From: Octopus vulgaris
Lineage: Eukaryota
Direction: 5' to 3'
NCBI GenBank assembly: GCA_951406725.2
Contig: OX597830.1
Location: forward strand, 76,260,001-76,324,000
DNA: 64,000 nt
Shown: positions 1-17,142 of the stretch, piece by piece
Position numbering within the stretch: the stretch's first letter is position 1
How the letters are laid out: each line of letters opens with the position of its first letter
The notes under the pieces: model-generated
The model's database searches: none
Seen by the model: the letters and a program-made list of their open reading frames with translations, nothing else
What the model was told of the DNA's origin: nothing
Program-made: the position numbers and the translations under genes

Positions 1-7
1 TACAAAC

Positions 8-51
<44 letters not shown>

Positions 52-79
52 ATATATTACAAAAGAATCTATGTAAACG

Positions 80-121
<42 letters not shown>

Positions 122-204
122 TTCTCTTAGTTATTGTGAAAATAATAACTTGGTATTACAATTCAATATACATGTACTTCATAACTAAGAGTCAGTCAAG
201 TGCA

Positions 205-325
205 AATTTAATGACAAAGAGATAAAAAAATTATGCCATGGACTTCCATTAGCTTACAGCTGTTTCTGCTTTCAGATACAATGCACTCTCAGTTGAGAGC
301 TTATGTACTACATTATACCATAATC
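205..325 (-). mobile_element. Putative Penelope-like pLTR fragment carrying the 3' half of a hammerhead motif
   Basis: Reverse complement of 231-270 (agcagaaacagctgtaagctaatggaagtccatggcataa) matches 30492-30531 with one mismatch and contains GAAAC-AGCT-GTA. Confidence 0.55.
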
Positions 326-461
326 GAGTTTCGACACAGTTTCCGTCTACTAAATTCAAGCACCTAACGGGGAAACGATATCCTTCACAGAACATACAAA
401 CTCAAACACACAGAAAATATATTTATATATACATATATGTTTTATATATATATAATGTATG

Positions 462-499
<38 letters not shown>

Positions 500-551
500 T
501 ATGACAGCTATAAACTCAAACACACATACATACCATATACACACACACACA

Positions 552-603
<52 letters not shown>

Positions 604-808
604 GGCTAATTCGCAATTTTACGACTTAAAGGCAGAAATATATACGTCACTAATGTGCTGATGAGCACCTGTATTGCTAGAAATAAGAGTCAAAATAACT
701 CAATAGCGACAGAAGCACTGTCTTAATGATGCCTACATACATACATACATACATACATACATACATACATACATACATACATACACACATGCATATATAT
801 AGATACAT

Positions 809-899
<91 letters not shown>

Positions 900-1313
900 T
901 ATATAGATATATATGTATGTATATATATATATATATATGGGACACTTCAGACGAGGCTATAAGCTGAGGAGGAACTCGAGACAATGTTTACGCAACGAGT
1001 TTCTTCACCGGTCTGTTGCGCCATTTCGCGTGAAAACATGCATTCAGAGTGCGGCAAAAAGAAATCCCAGATTCTCAATTAAAATGAACTTAAATGTATG
1101 CGATTTTTTAGCCTCAGCCAAGATTTTACTGTTATTTAGTTCGAGAGTGGAGCGGGAAGAATGTGTGCACTAAAATTCGATATTTTCCTATTTACCAGAT
1201 TCAATTTGGTCGACACCAACATTAAATTCATATTTCACTGTCAGAATACATGTGTGTATGTATGTTTGCGTGCGTACGTATACATGTATAAATGCGCACA
1301 CGGTTACAACGAC

Positions 1314-1349
<36 letters not shown>

Positions 1350-1486
1350 TTGTGTGTTATACAAATAACAACACAACGTTCAGCTTTGCAGGTGGCTTTT
1401 GCTTGCAGCAAGTACATCACGTGTTACTTGAACTCGAGATAACATGGAGCACGTATATACGTATATATGCACACGCACACACACAC

Positions 1487-1537
<51 letters not shown>

Positions 1538-1780
1538 TGCACACGCACACACAATACACGCACAGTGTATATGCATTCATACATACTAGCATATGTAAGC
1601 ATATATATATGTGTGTGTATATATATATATATATAATCTTTTACTCTTTTACAGATAGATAGACAGATAATAGGTGTCTATGCATATGTGTGTATGAAAA
1701 ATTTGTATGTGTATATATTTACAAATACGCACACATTAACATGTATATATGTGCATGTATACATATGTATCTAGTATATA

Positions 1781-1867
<87 letters not shown>

Positions 1868-1871
1868 TATT

Positions 1872-1922
<51 letters not shown>

Positions 1923-1939
1923 TATTTATTTATATATAT

Positions 1940-2037
1940 ACATGATGCGTGTAATATATGCATATATACATGTGCGTATATTCTTGCATGTATATACTCC
2001 GTTACATTTTTCATGCTTATGGGGATATTCCACAACA
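1940..2037 (+). repeat. Partial third copy of the segment duplicated at 3945-4130 and 4513-4700
   Basis: Shares atgatgcgtgtaatatatgcatatatacatgtgcgtatattcttgcatgtata...ctccgttac...ccacaaca. Confidence 0.85.
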
Positions 2038-2186
2038 TATATATATATATATACGTATGCATACATCCATGTGTATGTGTATGTATGTCCAACTATATAT
2101 ATGCATATGTATATACATATATATACACACACATATATATATATATATACATACATATGCATATATATATTTGAATGTTTGCATAA

Positions 2187-2230
<44 letters not shown>

Positions 2231-2255
2231 GCATATATATATATTTGAATGTATG

Positions 2256-2296
<41 letters not shown>

Positions 2297-2474
2297 GCAT
2301 ATATATATTTGAATGTATGCATACATATATATATATATATATTATATTATATTATATTATCTATATATATATACACATATATATATATATACATATGCAT
2401 ATATATATTTGAATGTATGCATACATATATATATATTATATTATATTATATTATATATATATATATACACATAT

Positions 2475-2614
<140 letters not shown>

Positions 2615-2683
2615 GGTGTTTACATATAATAGAATGATTAAACTCAAAAAAGGATACACGGAATATACTAAAGGAAGGGAAGT

Positions 2684-2731
<48 letters not shown>

Positions 2732-3264
2732 ATACATGCATATATATATATATGCATATATATATATATGCGTGTATGTGTATATTTATAGATATATAGA
2801 TAGATAGATATATCTATGCATGTATATATGTGTATATATATATATATATATTTGTGTGTGTGTCTATTTATATATATATCTCGGAAACATTGCACGTAAA
2901 CGTGATGCCTCCCTTACATGTATCTTAATATTTTAATATTTCTAATAATATCTGAATACGAAAGTTTCCATCGTATAAGACATATAACAGACTAAGTTTC
3001 ATGAATTTTTCTTACGAAGAAAAACAGTTTACAGAAGTTACAATCTCGAAACGCCGAACTAATAGCAAAATATATTAAAATATATAACGGTTTGGCATTA
3101 ACACTTATCTAGAATGGAATGCCCATCTAAAGATTATTGTACATACAAATATGCATTCATATATATAATATATGGATATATGCATATATACATATTAATG
3201 GCAGCATACAAGCTCGCTCGCTCACATTTATACATCAGTATATATGTGTAGGTAGTATGTATAG

Positions 3265-3483
3265 CAGTGCTTTTCAAACTTTTTGCTGGAGCGGAACCCC
3301 AAGGAAACATTCCACTGGCTCGAGGAACCCCTGTGCAATAATTTAATAGTCTTATGCACAAATATATGCACAGGAGGATTAAAAATTACTGCCGATTTTA
3401 GCAACTTTGTAACTTCTTGCGGAACCCCTGGACTGTACTGGCGGAACCCTAAGGTTCCGTGGAACTCTGGTTGAAAACCACTG
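3265..3483. mobile_element. Non-autonomous hAT-type MITE
   Basis: TIRs cagtgcttttcaaac / gttgaaaaccactg; 8-bp flanks atgtatag / atgtatat (7 of 8 identical, hAT-size TSD); internal repeated ggaaccc motifs. Confidence 0.85.
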
Positions 3484-3867
3484 ATGTATATAGAATTACA
3501 CACACAAACACATACTCGCGCTCTGACAAACTTACATATAAGCGTCCGCACGTAAATACATATGTGTGTGTATATATATTTATATGTATTGATATGTTTC
3601 TATATATGATTGTGTATATGTATATATATATATATATATTTGTATGTTTGTTTAAAATTTTATTATGTGGAGTTGACGACAATTGCATATAAATTGAAGG
3701 ATTACGCAGAGTTCTATAGAATATAAATTTATAATTCTTTATGCGTATGTATGTATGTATATTTATATAGTAGATATGTAAATGTACACACGTACGATGG
3801 ACGAATGTGCATGAATACATGTATGTGAATTATATTTATATGCTACTTGCATGTCTGTGTATATATA

Positions 3868-3913
<46 letters not shown>

Positions 3914-3944
3914 CGTACATATGTAAGGTTATACATAAACATCT

Positions 3945-4442
3945 CTATACACATACTTTAGTATATGTATGTATATATATATATGATGCGTGTAATATAT
4001 GCATATATACATGTGCGTATATTCTTGCATGTATATATACTCCGTTACGTTTTTCATCCTTACAGGAATATCCCACAACAGATAATTATTCCGATGTTAT
4101 TGAGTCAAATAACCTTTAACGAGTTGCTTATGTGGAACAGCTTACTTACGGGACACAACGGAACGCAATATCGAATACACCGTTATTTTCACCGGTGTAT
4201 TGGTAAAATATGCACACACACATACATATATCTATACATGCATTTATCTATAATTGCATAGATTCAGACATAGATACACGCATTCATACATGTGTATATA
4301 CATATTTTTGATCTACAGGCATACATTTATTTATATACATATAATATGTCTGTATATATCTATCTATCTATATGCGTACCAATTATAGCTCTCTCTGTCT
4401 CTGTTTATCTCTTTCTTTCTCTTTATCTCTCTCTCTCTCTCG

Positions 4443-4515
<73 letters not shown>

Positions 4516-4684
4516 CAACTCGTTAAAGATTATTTGACTCAATAACATCGAAATAAATATCTGTTGTGGGATATTCCTGTAAGGATGAAACACGTAACGG
4601 AGTATATATACATGCAAGAATATAGGCACATGTATATATGCATATATTAAACGCGTCATATATATATATATACATATATTAACG

Positions 4685-4700
<16 letters not shown>
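3945..4700. repeat. Inverted duplication with ~185-bp arms (3945-4130 and 4513-4700)
   Basis: 4513-4660 (tagcaactcgttaaagattatttgactcaataacatcg...) is the reverse complement of 3983-4130 (...cgatgttattgagtcaaataacctttaacgagttgctt). The ORF track shows near-identical peptides on opposite strands. Confidence 0.9.
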
Positions 4701-4718
<18 letters not shown>

Positions 4719-4951
4719 ATATATGAATAAATATATATGTGCAATTACCCATATATAATGTATATATATATACATATATAGGTATATTTATATAGATATA
4801 TATATATAATGTATGTATGTATATATATATATATATATAATAAATACATATATATTATATATGTAATATATATATATATTATATAAATATATCAATGTGT
4901 ATCAGTAATTATCTATCAATATCTATCTATCTATCTATCTATCTATATATC

Positions 4952-5306
<355 letters not shown>

Positions 5307-5643
5307 AGATGGATAGATAGATTGATTGATAGATAGATACAGTTATTATTCTAGATTACATACCACAATGTTGAAGCAAACCTATTATTTCCTTTTCATA
5401 AATTTCTGAAAAATATTTCCATGACATTTTGTAGAAATATTTTTGCTGAGCGAAGATTTTTAACTTATATTTATTAAGACTTTATATGTACATAAACATA
5501 CATACATACATGCATACATACATAACATACATACATAACATACATTCATACATACATACATACATACATACATACATACATACATACATACATACATACA
5601 TACATACATACATACATACATACATACATACATACATACATAC

Positions 5644-5674
<31 letters not shown>

Positions 5675-5711
5675 CATACATACATACATACATACATACA
5701 TACATACATAC

Positions 5712-5742
<31 letters not shown>

Positions 5743-5792
5743 CATACATACATACATACATACTTACATACATACATACATACAAACATACA

Positions 5793-5825
<33 letters not shown>

Positions 5826-5895
5826 GCATACATGCATGCATGCAAAGATACATTCATACATACATACATACATACATACATGCATGGATGCATAA

Positions 5896-5945
<50 letters not shown>

Positions 5946-5955
5946 CATTATTATT

Positions 5956-6033
<78 letters not shown>

Positions 6034-6135
6034 AATAAACACACACACGTGTTTGTGTGAGTATCTAACAATCTCTCTCCACACATATATATGAGTGTGT
6101 ACATATATATATACGTATTTATGTATGTATTATTT

Positions 6136-6255
6136 CTTAAAGTGTGATTAACAAGTAACTTCGAAGTTTTGACCGGCAGATGCATTGTCGTAGCTGGCCG
6201 AATTTTCGAAGTCATGCTCAAAAATTTGTTATTTTAAGGACAAAGAAATTGTACT
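6136..6255. mobile_element. Short palindromic MITE-like element; related copy at 24413-24585
   Basis: aacttcgaagttttgacc ... ggccgaattttcgaagtc inverted arms. The same gacttcgaagttttgac and ttatttaaga...aaatt(t)gtact motifs occur at 24435 and 24560. Confidence 0.5.
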
Positions 6256-6466
6256 ACACGCAAATATCTTTTCGAATTTTCGTAAAATTTGTGTTATTAT
6301 AACTGAGCATGAGAACTAAAATTAATACAAATATACCACGTATAACAAACATGAATTCATAATATAAATAAACACATTGATATTTATACATACATATACA
6401 CATACATACATACATACATACATACATACATACATACATACATACATACATACATACATACATGAA

Positions 6467-6508
<42 letters not shown>

Positions 6509-6697
6509 GATACAATAAGATATCATAATGATATATTGATATATGAAGTTTTATTACATATATTATAGCAATTAAAACCAAAATGGTTAAATTAATAAAT
6601 GAGGATGCGAAATAGCCTCTACCTGCTAAATATGAGAGCCAAAATTTTACTCGAACAACCACTCAAAGCCACTAACCTCATACATATATATATATAT

Positions 6698-6767
<70 letters not shown>

Positions 6768-8044
6768 TAGCATTTATACATATATATATATATATATGTA
6801 TGTACATATATATAAATATATACATGCATGCATGTAGAAATACAAACATACATGCATACATGCATACATATATAACTTTCGAAACTTAAAAGGCATGAAA
6901 CAAGTAGATAATGCTATATACATCGTAGCATATAAAAATTAGAGAGAAATCCCTTGGATTCTTTTTATTATTATTATTATTTAAAAACGGTTTTTAACCC
7001 AATATTTACATGGTGTTGTTATTTATTGCTCTGTTTACTACGAGTTCTGTAGTTACAACGTTGCATGTAAGTATATGTATCTCTGTATGTATTGAAACAG
7101 TCTGTGGGCATTCATTCTCCTGCTGGCTGAACGGAGTTCAATTCCTCACAACTTCTATAGAATAGCTATTCTAAAATCTCATTTTGCAAAAATACGTTTC
7201 CTAGGTTGCTGATTGCGTAACGTTTCTTCTTTACCTTTTAGAAAACATGATTCTGACAAAAGAAAAAAAAATGACGCGGTAAAACTACCAAAGGGAACCG
7301 GTAAAATAACAAATTTGGTGAAAAGGGCAGAAAAAACTTTAGAATGAAATTTCTCTCTTTATTTCATCAAACAATCTTAATAGGCTCCCAGTCAAATGCA
7401 TCTAGGCAATGCAAAACTTAGATGAAGAATTATGCATTTTTATAAAAGTTATTTGAAAACAAATACTCGGGTAGACGGAGCCAAGCTGTACCAACAATGA
7501 TGTTATATATCACACATATACAGGATGTATATGTTTGTACATATGCATAAACATTTGAATATCAACCTGTATATATATATATATATATATATATTCTCAT
7601 CTAGGTCGTCCCTTTTATTATATATATATATATTCAAAGATTTTACATAAAGTTTGTTTGCATGGGAATACGCACTAATAAACACGCACACACATGAAGT
7701 GTATTGTTAAGAATATGTATCTCAATGAAATTTACTGTTGTTCTTTGAACATGTGTGTATATTACCATATATCTGTGAATGTGTGCATGGATGTGACTAC
7801 ATGTATATGCATGTAAATGTGAGAGAGAGAGAGAGAGAGTGGGAGTGTACATACACACACATAATTATATACAACTAATTCAATAGCCAGAACGTTAAAA
7901 TAACAACCTCACATTAATACAGAACAATAAACGCTTACCGAAGTTGTGACATACTTTTACATATAACCGTCTCAGTTAATATACAAGAGTTTAACTCCGA
8001 TTTTATTACACTATTTTTGTATAATCATTAAATGTGCAAGACTA

Positions 8045-8076
<32 letters not shown>

Positions 8077-8150
8077 ATAATAATAACGATAATAACGATA
8101 ATAATAATAATTATAATAATAATAATGATAATAATAATAATAATAATAAC

Positions 8151-8446
<296 letters not shown>

Positions 8447-8484
8447 ATATAGAAGGTATGTGATAACATAAACTGATGCAGTCC

Positions 8485-8615
8485 TCCAGATACAAGAGAA
8501 AACTCCAGCTTGGGCCAATCAAGGAACCCCGCAGATCCCAGAGTACCCTAACCATCAGGGGAAACGGGCCCTCCCTTTTGCTCCTCAATATACAGGCTGA
8601 TAATTAGTCACCCGT
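8485..8615 (+). pseudogene. Possible decayed C-terminus of a Penelope GIY-YIG endonuclease
   Basis: Frameshifted reading YKRKLQ..IK...TL..GNGPSLL / IYRLII loosely resembles the RKxxEAxxI...LNRDxGxxLPxIY tail; weak similarity judged by eye. Confidence 0.25.
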
Positions 8616-9097
8616 CTTTACATAAAATCACATGACGGTGGCATTGCCATTTCCAACCTCGCTTTCCCTTGCAAGTGGAACTTAGAAAAAGTCTTTGAGA
8701 TCTTGACCGAAAAGGAAAGTGTCTTTTCTCCGTCTTTAGAACCTCGTCCATCATTCAATCTCTTTCGGCATTGCCACTACAGAGAAGAACACTACTTGCT
8801 CCTGCCTTCTTAAAGGTTGATGGTGGAGCGAACCTTTGCGACGGTTTCGGCCAATAGTCGAATTTTTTCCACAGGTAACAACAGTTGAAACAAAGTTAAT
8901 AGGTGACCCTTATGTGAAACCCGAAGACACGAGCAATCATTGAAATGATACTTTCTTCGGCTACAGTACAAAAAAAGAAAAGAAAGAAACAACTAGAAAT
9001 AAAAAAGGTTTAAAAAATTACAGACAGAAAAATAATTGTCCAAAATATATTATGCACGCTATATTCAGTCACATAAAAAATAAACAGCACATTAACA

Positions 9098-9164
<67 letters not shown>

Positions 9165-9173
9165 GTATATATA

Positions 9174-9389
<216 letters not shown>

Positions 9390-9405
9390 ATATATATATA
9401 TATAT

Positions 9406-9437
<32 letters not shown>

Positions 9438-9718
9438 GTGGATAAATAGATAGATAGATAGATACATATAGATATGTGTGTCTGTGTGTCTGTGTGTGTA
9501 TGTATGCATACATGTGCGTATATATATATATACTCACACAGACACTCACACATATATATGTGTGTATATATGTGTGTGTGTGTATGTATGTGTATATATA
9601 CTTAGAGATATTGATACAAGAGTATTGCTTGCCAAATTGTAAAACTTACAATGAAAAATAATTTTTTAATTCTACTCTCATGATATACGAAACCAATGCA
9701 AAAATTATATTTATACAC

Positions 9719-9784
<66 letters not shown>

Positions 9785-9795
9785 TTATCTATCTA

Positions 9796-9835
<40 letters not shown>

Positions 9836-9885
9836 TCTATATATTTATCTCTATCTATCTATCTACCTATCTATGTGTCTATCTA

Positions 9886-9956
<71 letters not shown>

Positions 9957-10679
9957 GCACACACGACACATAAATATACAATTTCATTGCCTCAACAAGC
10001 CCTGCCGTATTTAAAATATTGTCCCAAAACAAATCAAAGAGAAAAAAATCCCATCACCTTTTAACGGAATCTCGACAAATTTCGTCAATAGATACCAGTT
10101 AAGCTACCTAGCTCACTCAACAACTCCGTACTTGACTGGGCCATGATACCGCAAAACTTGACTTCAAAAGGAATTATGAATTCCTATCAGGTGGTGCTAT
10201 TAAGTTAGACGTGGCCTGGACCACTCTTTGATCAAGACGTACGTAAAATATATATACATATATGTACATACCCAGGCACACATATCTTCTACTTACATAT
10301 AGACATAGATATAAGCGTACACATATTAGCGTTTTAGTTATGAAAATGTACATTATTGGTCATGATAAAAATATACGCACGATGTATGTATACGCCATAT
10401 GTATATATATCTGTATACAATATACTTATATGATTTAGTGTCTTTAAATACGCATATACACGCATATTTTTGCATCTATATTTGTATATGCGTGAACGAG
10501 TGTTTGTATGCTGTATTTATGTGTGTGTATGTATATATGTATGTACGAATGTATACATGATTGTGAACATATATGCATTCATGTGAATGCATATATTCAT
10601 GTATACATACATATACATACATGCATTTTATATTTATGCATATAATCATCTATAGATCTAGACACGCGTACACACACAT

Positions 10680-10710
<31 letters not shown>

Positions 10711-10848
10711 CACATACACACATATACATATTTGTATGTTTTATATATATGTGTGTATAAATATAAATATATATGTTCATATATATATATATGCATATAT
10801 TTCTATATGCATATATGTATGTATGCATGTATGCATGTATCTATCTAA

Positions 10849-10883
<35 letters not shown>

Positions 10884-11079
10884 GTGTGTGAGTGTGAAGA
10901 CATATATGTACACACACACACATGTGTGTGTAGATATATTTATACACACACACACACACATATATATGTATGTACTCCCGGTAGTATGTGTGTTTGTATA
11001 TACGTATGGTATCTTTAGCAAAATACTTGATGCGAATCGAAGCACAAATTGTTATACTCGGGGATGGTCATATTTTGCC

Positions 11080-11110
<31 letters not shown>

Positions 11111-11139
11111 TGCATGTGTGCATATATACATATATAAAT

Positions 11140-11195
<56 letters not shown>

Positions 11196-11214
11196 ATATA
11201 CATACACACACGTG

Positions 11215-11271
<57 letters not shown>

Positions 11272-11290
11272 ATGTATGCATATGATCCTT

Positions 11291-11783
11291 GTCTTTTACT
11301 TGTTTCAGTCATTCTACCATGGCCATCCTGGAGCATCGCCTTGAGGGATGTAGTCGAACTAATCGACCCCAGTACTTCTTTTTAAGTACTCAATTTTGCT
11401 GAACCCATAGGTTAGGGGGCGTAACCAAAGTATCACTTGTTGACAACCGGTGGTGGAGTACAAACATAAACTCAGGGACACACAAGTACACATATACATA
11501 CATACACACATACATACGCATATAGATATATACATATATATATATATATGAATATATACATATATGTGTCGGTATCTTTATGTTTATTTATAAATGTATG
11601 TATGTATTTATATATATTTATATATTGGTAAAAACTGTAAGATAACAAAAGATATATATATATATATCTATATATATATATATATATATATGTATACATA
11701 TATATGCATATATGTATATATATAAATATGTACATTTGTATATATGTATATATGTGTGTATATATATATATATATATACATAC

Positions 11784-11835
<52 letters not shown>

Positions 11836-12225
11836 GTGTCAGTATCTTTATGTTTATATAGATATATGTTTATATATATATATAAATGTATATATATATG
11901 CATATATGTATATAAGTATATATATATAAATGTGTGTGTGTATATGCATATATATAAATATGTTTATATGTATGTGCGTGTGTTTGTGTGTGTATATATA
12001 TATATATCTATAGAGAGAGAGAGAGAGACAGACAGAGACAGAGAGAGAGAGACAGAGAGACAGATAGATAGATACTTGGCTGGCGTTTCCACCCACTAAA
12101 TCCGTTTAAGAGCCAGTGGTTATCCCGGGATTATACCAGAAGTCACATGCCCAAAATGTCACGCTGGGCACCCTGGACCCGGGGCCAGGTGATTGAGATG
12201 CAATGCCTTAACCACCCAGTCACAC
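11291..12225 (-). mobile_element. Diverged SINE-C split by an expanded internal microsatellite
   Basis: Tail (cttttacttgtttcagtcatt...) at 11293-11480 and head (ttccacccactaaatcc...catgcccaaaatgtcacgc...cttaaccacccagtcac) at 12080-12223, separated by ~600 bp of (TA)/(TG) repeats. Confidence 0.7.
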
Positions 12226-12619
12226 ATACACGCATACACGTACACAAACACGCCCACCGCCGCCACCATCTACACACACTGTGTCACAATGGCACACACT
12301 GACATGCTTTGCAGATTTTTTCATACCACATACACAAAACAGGCAGTAAGACAATTAAAATATATGCATTATTATTAATTGCATAGCCTATAAGAACAAC
12401 ATTTTTTTAATTATAATTACACTCAATCCAATTAACAAAATAATTATCCTGAAAAGAAAGGAAATAATATTGAATTTTAATCCTTATACGTATACGTGTG
12501 TGTTTGTACGTGTGGGTGCGTGTGCGAGGACGTCTACACACGTGAGTGTGTCTGCGCATATATATATATATGTGTGTGTGTGTACGTATATGCGAATGGG
12601 CACATACATACACACATAT

Positions 12620-12707
<88 letters not shown>

Positions 12708-12960
12708 TAGGCGCAGATATGTCTGTGTGTTTAAGATCTCTTTGCAACCACGTGGTTTAAGGCTTGGTCTCACTGCGCAGCATCTTCAGCAAGTGCCCTC
12801 TACTGTAGCCCCGGCACTTGTCTGTATAATTGTGTGTATATACAGACATCTATATATATATATATATATATATATATGAATATATATATACGCACACATA
12901 CGCATCCATATTCATATCCTTTCATATGTATATATGATTATATGTGTATATATATATATA

Positions 12961-13092
12961 TATTAGAAGAAATGAGGTACTCAGAAGATCGGATGGTTTA
13001 TATTTACAGATATTTATTTATATATGAATATATAAATAAATATCTGTAAATATAAACCATCCAGTCTTCTGAGTACCTCATTTCTTGTAATA
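12961..13092. repeat. Near-perfect fold-back palindrome (~63-bp arms) next to (TA)n
   Basis: tattagaagaaatgaggtactcagaagatcggatggtttatatttacagatatttattt... mirrored by ...aaataaatatctgtaaatataaaccatccagtcttctgagtacctcatttcttgtaata; about three mismatches. Confidence 0.95.
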
Positions 13093-13167
13093 TATAATAC
13101 ATCTCCAAAACTTCCAATATATATATACATATATATGTACATATTTATACATACATTCCTGTATATA

Positions 13168-13208
<41 letters not shown>

Positions 13209-13337
13209 ATATATATATATATATATATGTATTTTTATATGTATATATATATAATTATATGAATATATATGTATATATGTGTATGTGTATATGTATATAT
13301 ATATGTCTGTGTGTGTATACACACACACACACAGACA

Positions 13338-13407
<70 letters not shown>

Positions 13408-13435
13408 AATATGTATGTATGTATGTAAGCATGTT

Positions 13436-13473
<38 letters not shown>

Positions 13474-13620
13474 AGGCTTTGCTCCAGTATGGCTGCATTC
13501 TATGACAGTAAGCTGACAATGAATACGAACTTTCATGTTATCTCACTCATCCTGTCCATATATTTTCCCTTGAAATTTGAAAGGAAATTTAAATGCACAC
13601 ACACACACACACACACACAT

Positions 13621-13657
<37 letters not shown>

Positions 13658-13799
13658 CACACACACACACAAACACATCTTATTTTTTAACTGGTTAAGA
13701 TGTAATTGTAGTCGTAGTCGTTGATATGTGTGGAACTGATGAGATTTGGGGAAAATTATGCTTTAACTAATCATTATTAATGATTAGTGATAACGATGT

Positions 13800-14010
13800 T
13801 AAATTTTGGTACAAAGCCAGCAATTTCGGCGTAAGATGATAAGTCGCTTACATCGACTCCACAGCTGAACTGGTACTCATTTTATCGGCCCCGAAACGAT
13901 GAAAAGGAAAGTCGACTTCAGTGGATTTTGAACTGAGAATATATAGAGACGGGCGGAATGTCCCGAAATATTTCGTCTGTTGCGGTGACCACGCTGCCAG
14001 CTCACCGCCG
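13800..14010 (-). mobile_element. SINE-B (tRNA-derived), diverged
   Basis: Head ends gccagctcaccgcc; B-box complement ggattttgaact; central gatgaaaaggaaagtcgac; abuts (AAT)n. Confidence 0.85.
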
Positions 14011-14029
14011 TAATAATAAAAATAATGGC

Positions 14030-14073
<44 letters not shown>

Positions 14074-14120
14074 TAATAATAATAATAATAATAATAATAA
14101 GAAGAAGAAGAAGAAGAATG

Positions 14121-14226
<106 letters not shown>

Positions 14227-14441
14227 GAAGAAGAAGAAGAAGAAGAATAGTAATAATAATGATAATAATAATAATGATGATGAGGAGGATGATAATTATA
14301 ATGATAATGAAAATAATAGTAATAATAATACGAAGAAGAAGAAGAAGAAGAAGAAGAATAGTAATAATAATGATAATAATAATAATGATGATGAGGAGGA
14401 TGATAATTATAATGATAATGATAATAATAGTAATAATAATA

Positions 14442-14652
14442 ATTCTACGTAAAATACTTTCTATGTAATCTCAAATTTTAAAACAAACATAATTTTCTTG
14501 TGGTTTCTTCAAACATTGTCTAGAACAACACTTTGTACAAAACCAAATACATGGCACTCTAAGCATATCACCAACATGAACTTCTAACTTGTTGTCTCTT
14601 GAGGTCTCTGGGTGTGACTTGGAGACAAATGTAATGCAAAAGTCAAACATAA
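14442..14652 (+). mobile_element. 5'-truncated 3' end of an R4/Dong-like non-LTR retrotransposon embedded in (TAA)n
   Basis: Starts with ILRKILSM-stop (14442-14468), matching the GTAxILRxxL C-terminus of R4-clade ORFs. It is followed by a ~185-bp UTR and has (TAA)n on both sides. Confidence 0.6.
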
Positions 14653-14900
14653 AATAATAATAATAATAATAATAATAATTAGTGATTATATAATAATCAA
14701 GTTTTAAGATTTAGCGTCTTTATTATTGCTTGTTACATACAGTAACGATTTATAGGTAATATTCAGCTTTATGTGTGTCTGTGCGCGCGCACGCTTGTAT
14801 ATGTGTATGTGTGTGCTTGTGTGTGTGTCTGTGTATGTGTGCATAGTTTCATAGAAAAGTGTATAGACAGCTACATACATGCTTATACATATATACACAG

Positions 14901-14941
<41 letters not shown>

Positions 14942-14975
14942 GTGGTTTTTACACACAGTCTTTACGCATATATGT

Positions 14976-15051
<76 letters not shown>

Positions 15052-15629
15052 ATTGATTGATTGATTGATTCCAGTTTCAGCTCATGAGCTGTGGCCATGC
15101 TGGGGCACCGCCATTTATATATATATATACATACATTCAAATATAGAAATATGCATACACACAGCAATATTTCAAAACAGAAGGAGCAGCACGATATATG
15201 ATTACATATTTTGTCCGACTGAGCTCATCCTATTATATATCTATCTATCTATATATATATATATATATAAATATCAACAAATATATATACAATAACCTAC
15301 AAGCTATAATATCCGCAATTAATCTGAAATATATAGCCCTAATCAACAAATAGGAAGTGCCCGGCGTAATTAATAGTTAAACGATTTTACTATGAATTGC
15401 AGCTGTTCTGTATATGATTTGTTATAGAAAAAATGATACCATCAGAAATCAAACTAGTGAGACACATATTTAAATATGTATACAGATTAGACAGGTTTTT
15501 GCTTCTATATTTATTTACATGTGTCTTGGTAGTCGATTTACGACTGTACAGTACGTTCTCTATAAAATTATAAACACATACATATATACACGCATTCACA
15601 GACATATGTATACGTATATGTGTTTATGT

Positions 15630-15668
<39 letters not shown>

Positions 15669-16100
15669 CATATATATATAGATAGATAGACAGATAGATA
15701 GATAGATAGATATACATATATGTATATATACATAAATATATGCATGTGTATATGTGTGTGTGTATGTATAGGATGATATACATAAATATGTGTATATGTA
15801 AATATATAAATTTATACATATATATATGTATATATATATGTATATATTATAATGTATATATGTATGTATGTATGTATGTATAGAATGATATCGATAAATA
15901 TATACCATGTGCATATATTTTATACATGCATGCACACTTACGCACGTTCACACACACGACTTACATATAGTAGCACACATACATTCACAGTCATATGTAT
16001 ACGTATTTGTGTATATGTACACACACATATATAAATATATAGATAGATATTCAGATAGATATACACATATCTATATATATATATACATTCATTCATATAT

Positions 16101-16156
<56 letters not shown>

Positions 16157-17057
16157 ATGGGAAGAATGATATACATAAATGCATATGTGTAAATGCATAT
16201 ATATTTATATGCATGTAAATATGTATGGAATGATATCGATAAATATATAACATGTGTACATATTTTATACATGCATACAAACTTACACATGTACACACAC
16301 ACGACTTACATATATACTAGCACACATATACATTCAGCGTTACACGTATATTCGTATTTATATAAATATATGGACACGTATGTACACCTTCACATATGGG
16401 AAACATGAATACATCCATACCAACATGGCTACACGCTTATAAGCATTCACAGATACATCGAAATATACTTTTACACAGCCATCCATACATTCATAACTCA
16501 TATATACATGCATACATACATTCTTTTCTCATCCAGCAAAATAGATATATAATGTATTATGATACATATTTACGTTATAAATATTGATATACAATATTTA
16601 TAAGTTCATCATTTTAATGTACCATAGGAATTTTAGAACTGGCTTGTCTATCTATATCTTTTATAGTGTTTGTTTTATTATATACACTCACAATTAAATT
16701 GCTTCGACTATTCTGTTAAATATATGTCTAGAGAAAAAGATCTTATCTTAGAGCGATATCTTATCCTATTAAATGAACATATGACCTGCTTTTACTGATA
16801 GACTTACCGTATATGACTATTTTTAACCATATGTATACATAAAATGCCTGCGTGTTTCTCTGTTTTCATGAGTAGACAGATAAATACACATACGTGCGTA
16901 TACACACACACATATATATATATACGTGTATATGTATTTATATATGTTTGTATATATACCCTCACACGCACACATGCATAGCGAGAGCGGGTGTGTGCAG
17001 AAGAGATGGATAGCAAGGAGGAACGTGTATATATATATATACATATATGTGTATACA

Positions 17058-17142
<85 letters not shown>

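Noticed and set aside
650-705. CTGATGA-gca...tgc-ta-GAAA hammerhead-like string after (TA)n
   Set aside because: No convincing stem I, stem III or cleavage triplet; possibly a decayed copy but not supportable.
940-1055. ctgagga plus hairpin ggaactcg/cgagtttc and gaaaacatgcattc
   Set aside because: The core halves cannot be joined by consistent stems.
15590-16400. Diverged ~350-bp direct repeat
   Set aside because: Ordinary local duplication of low-complexity sequence with no further structure.
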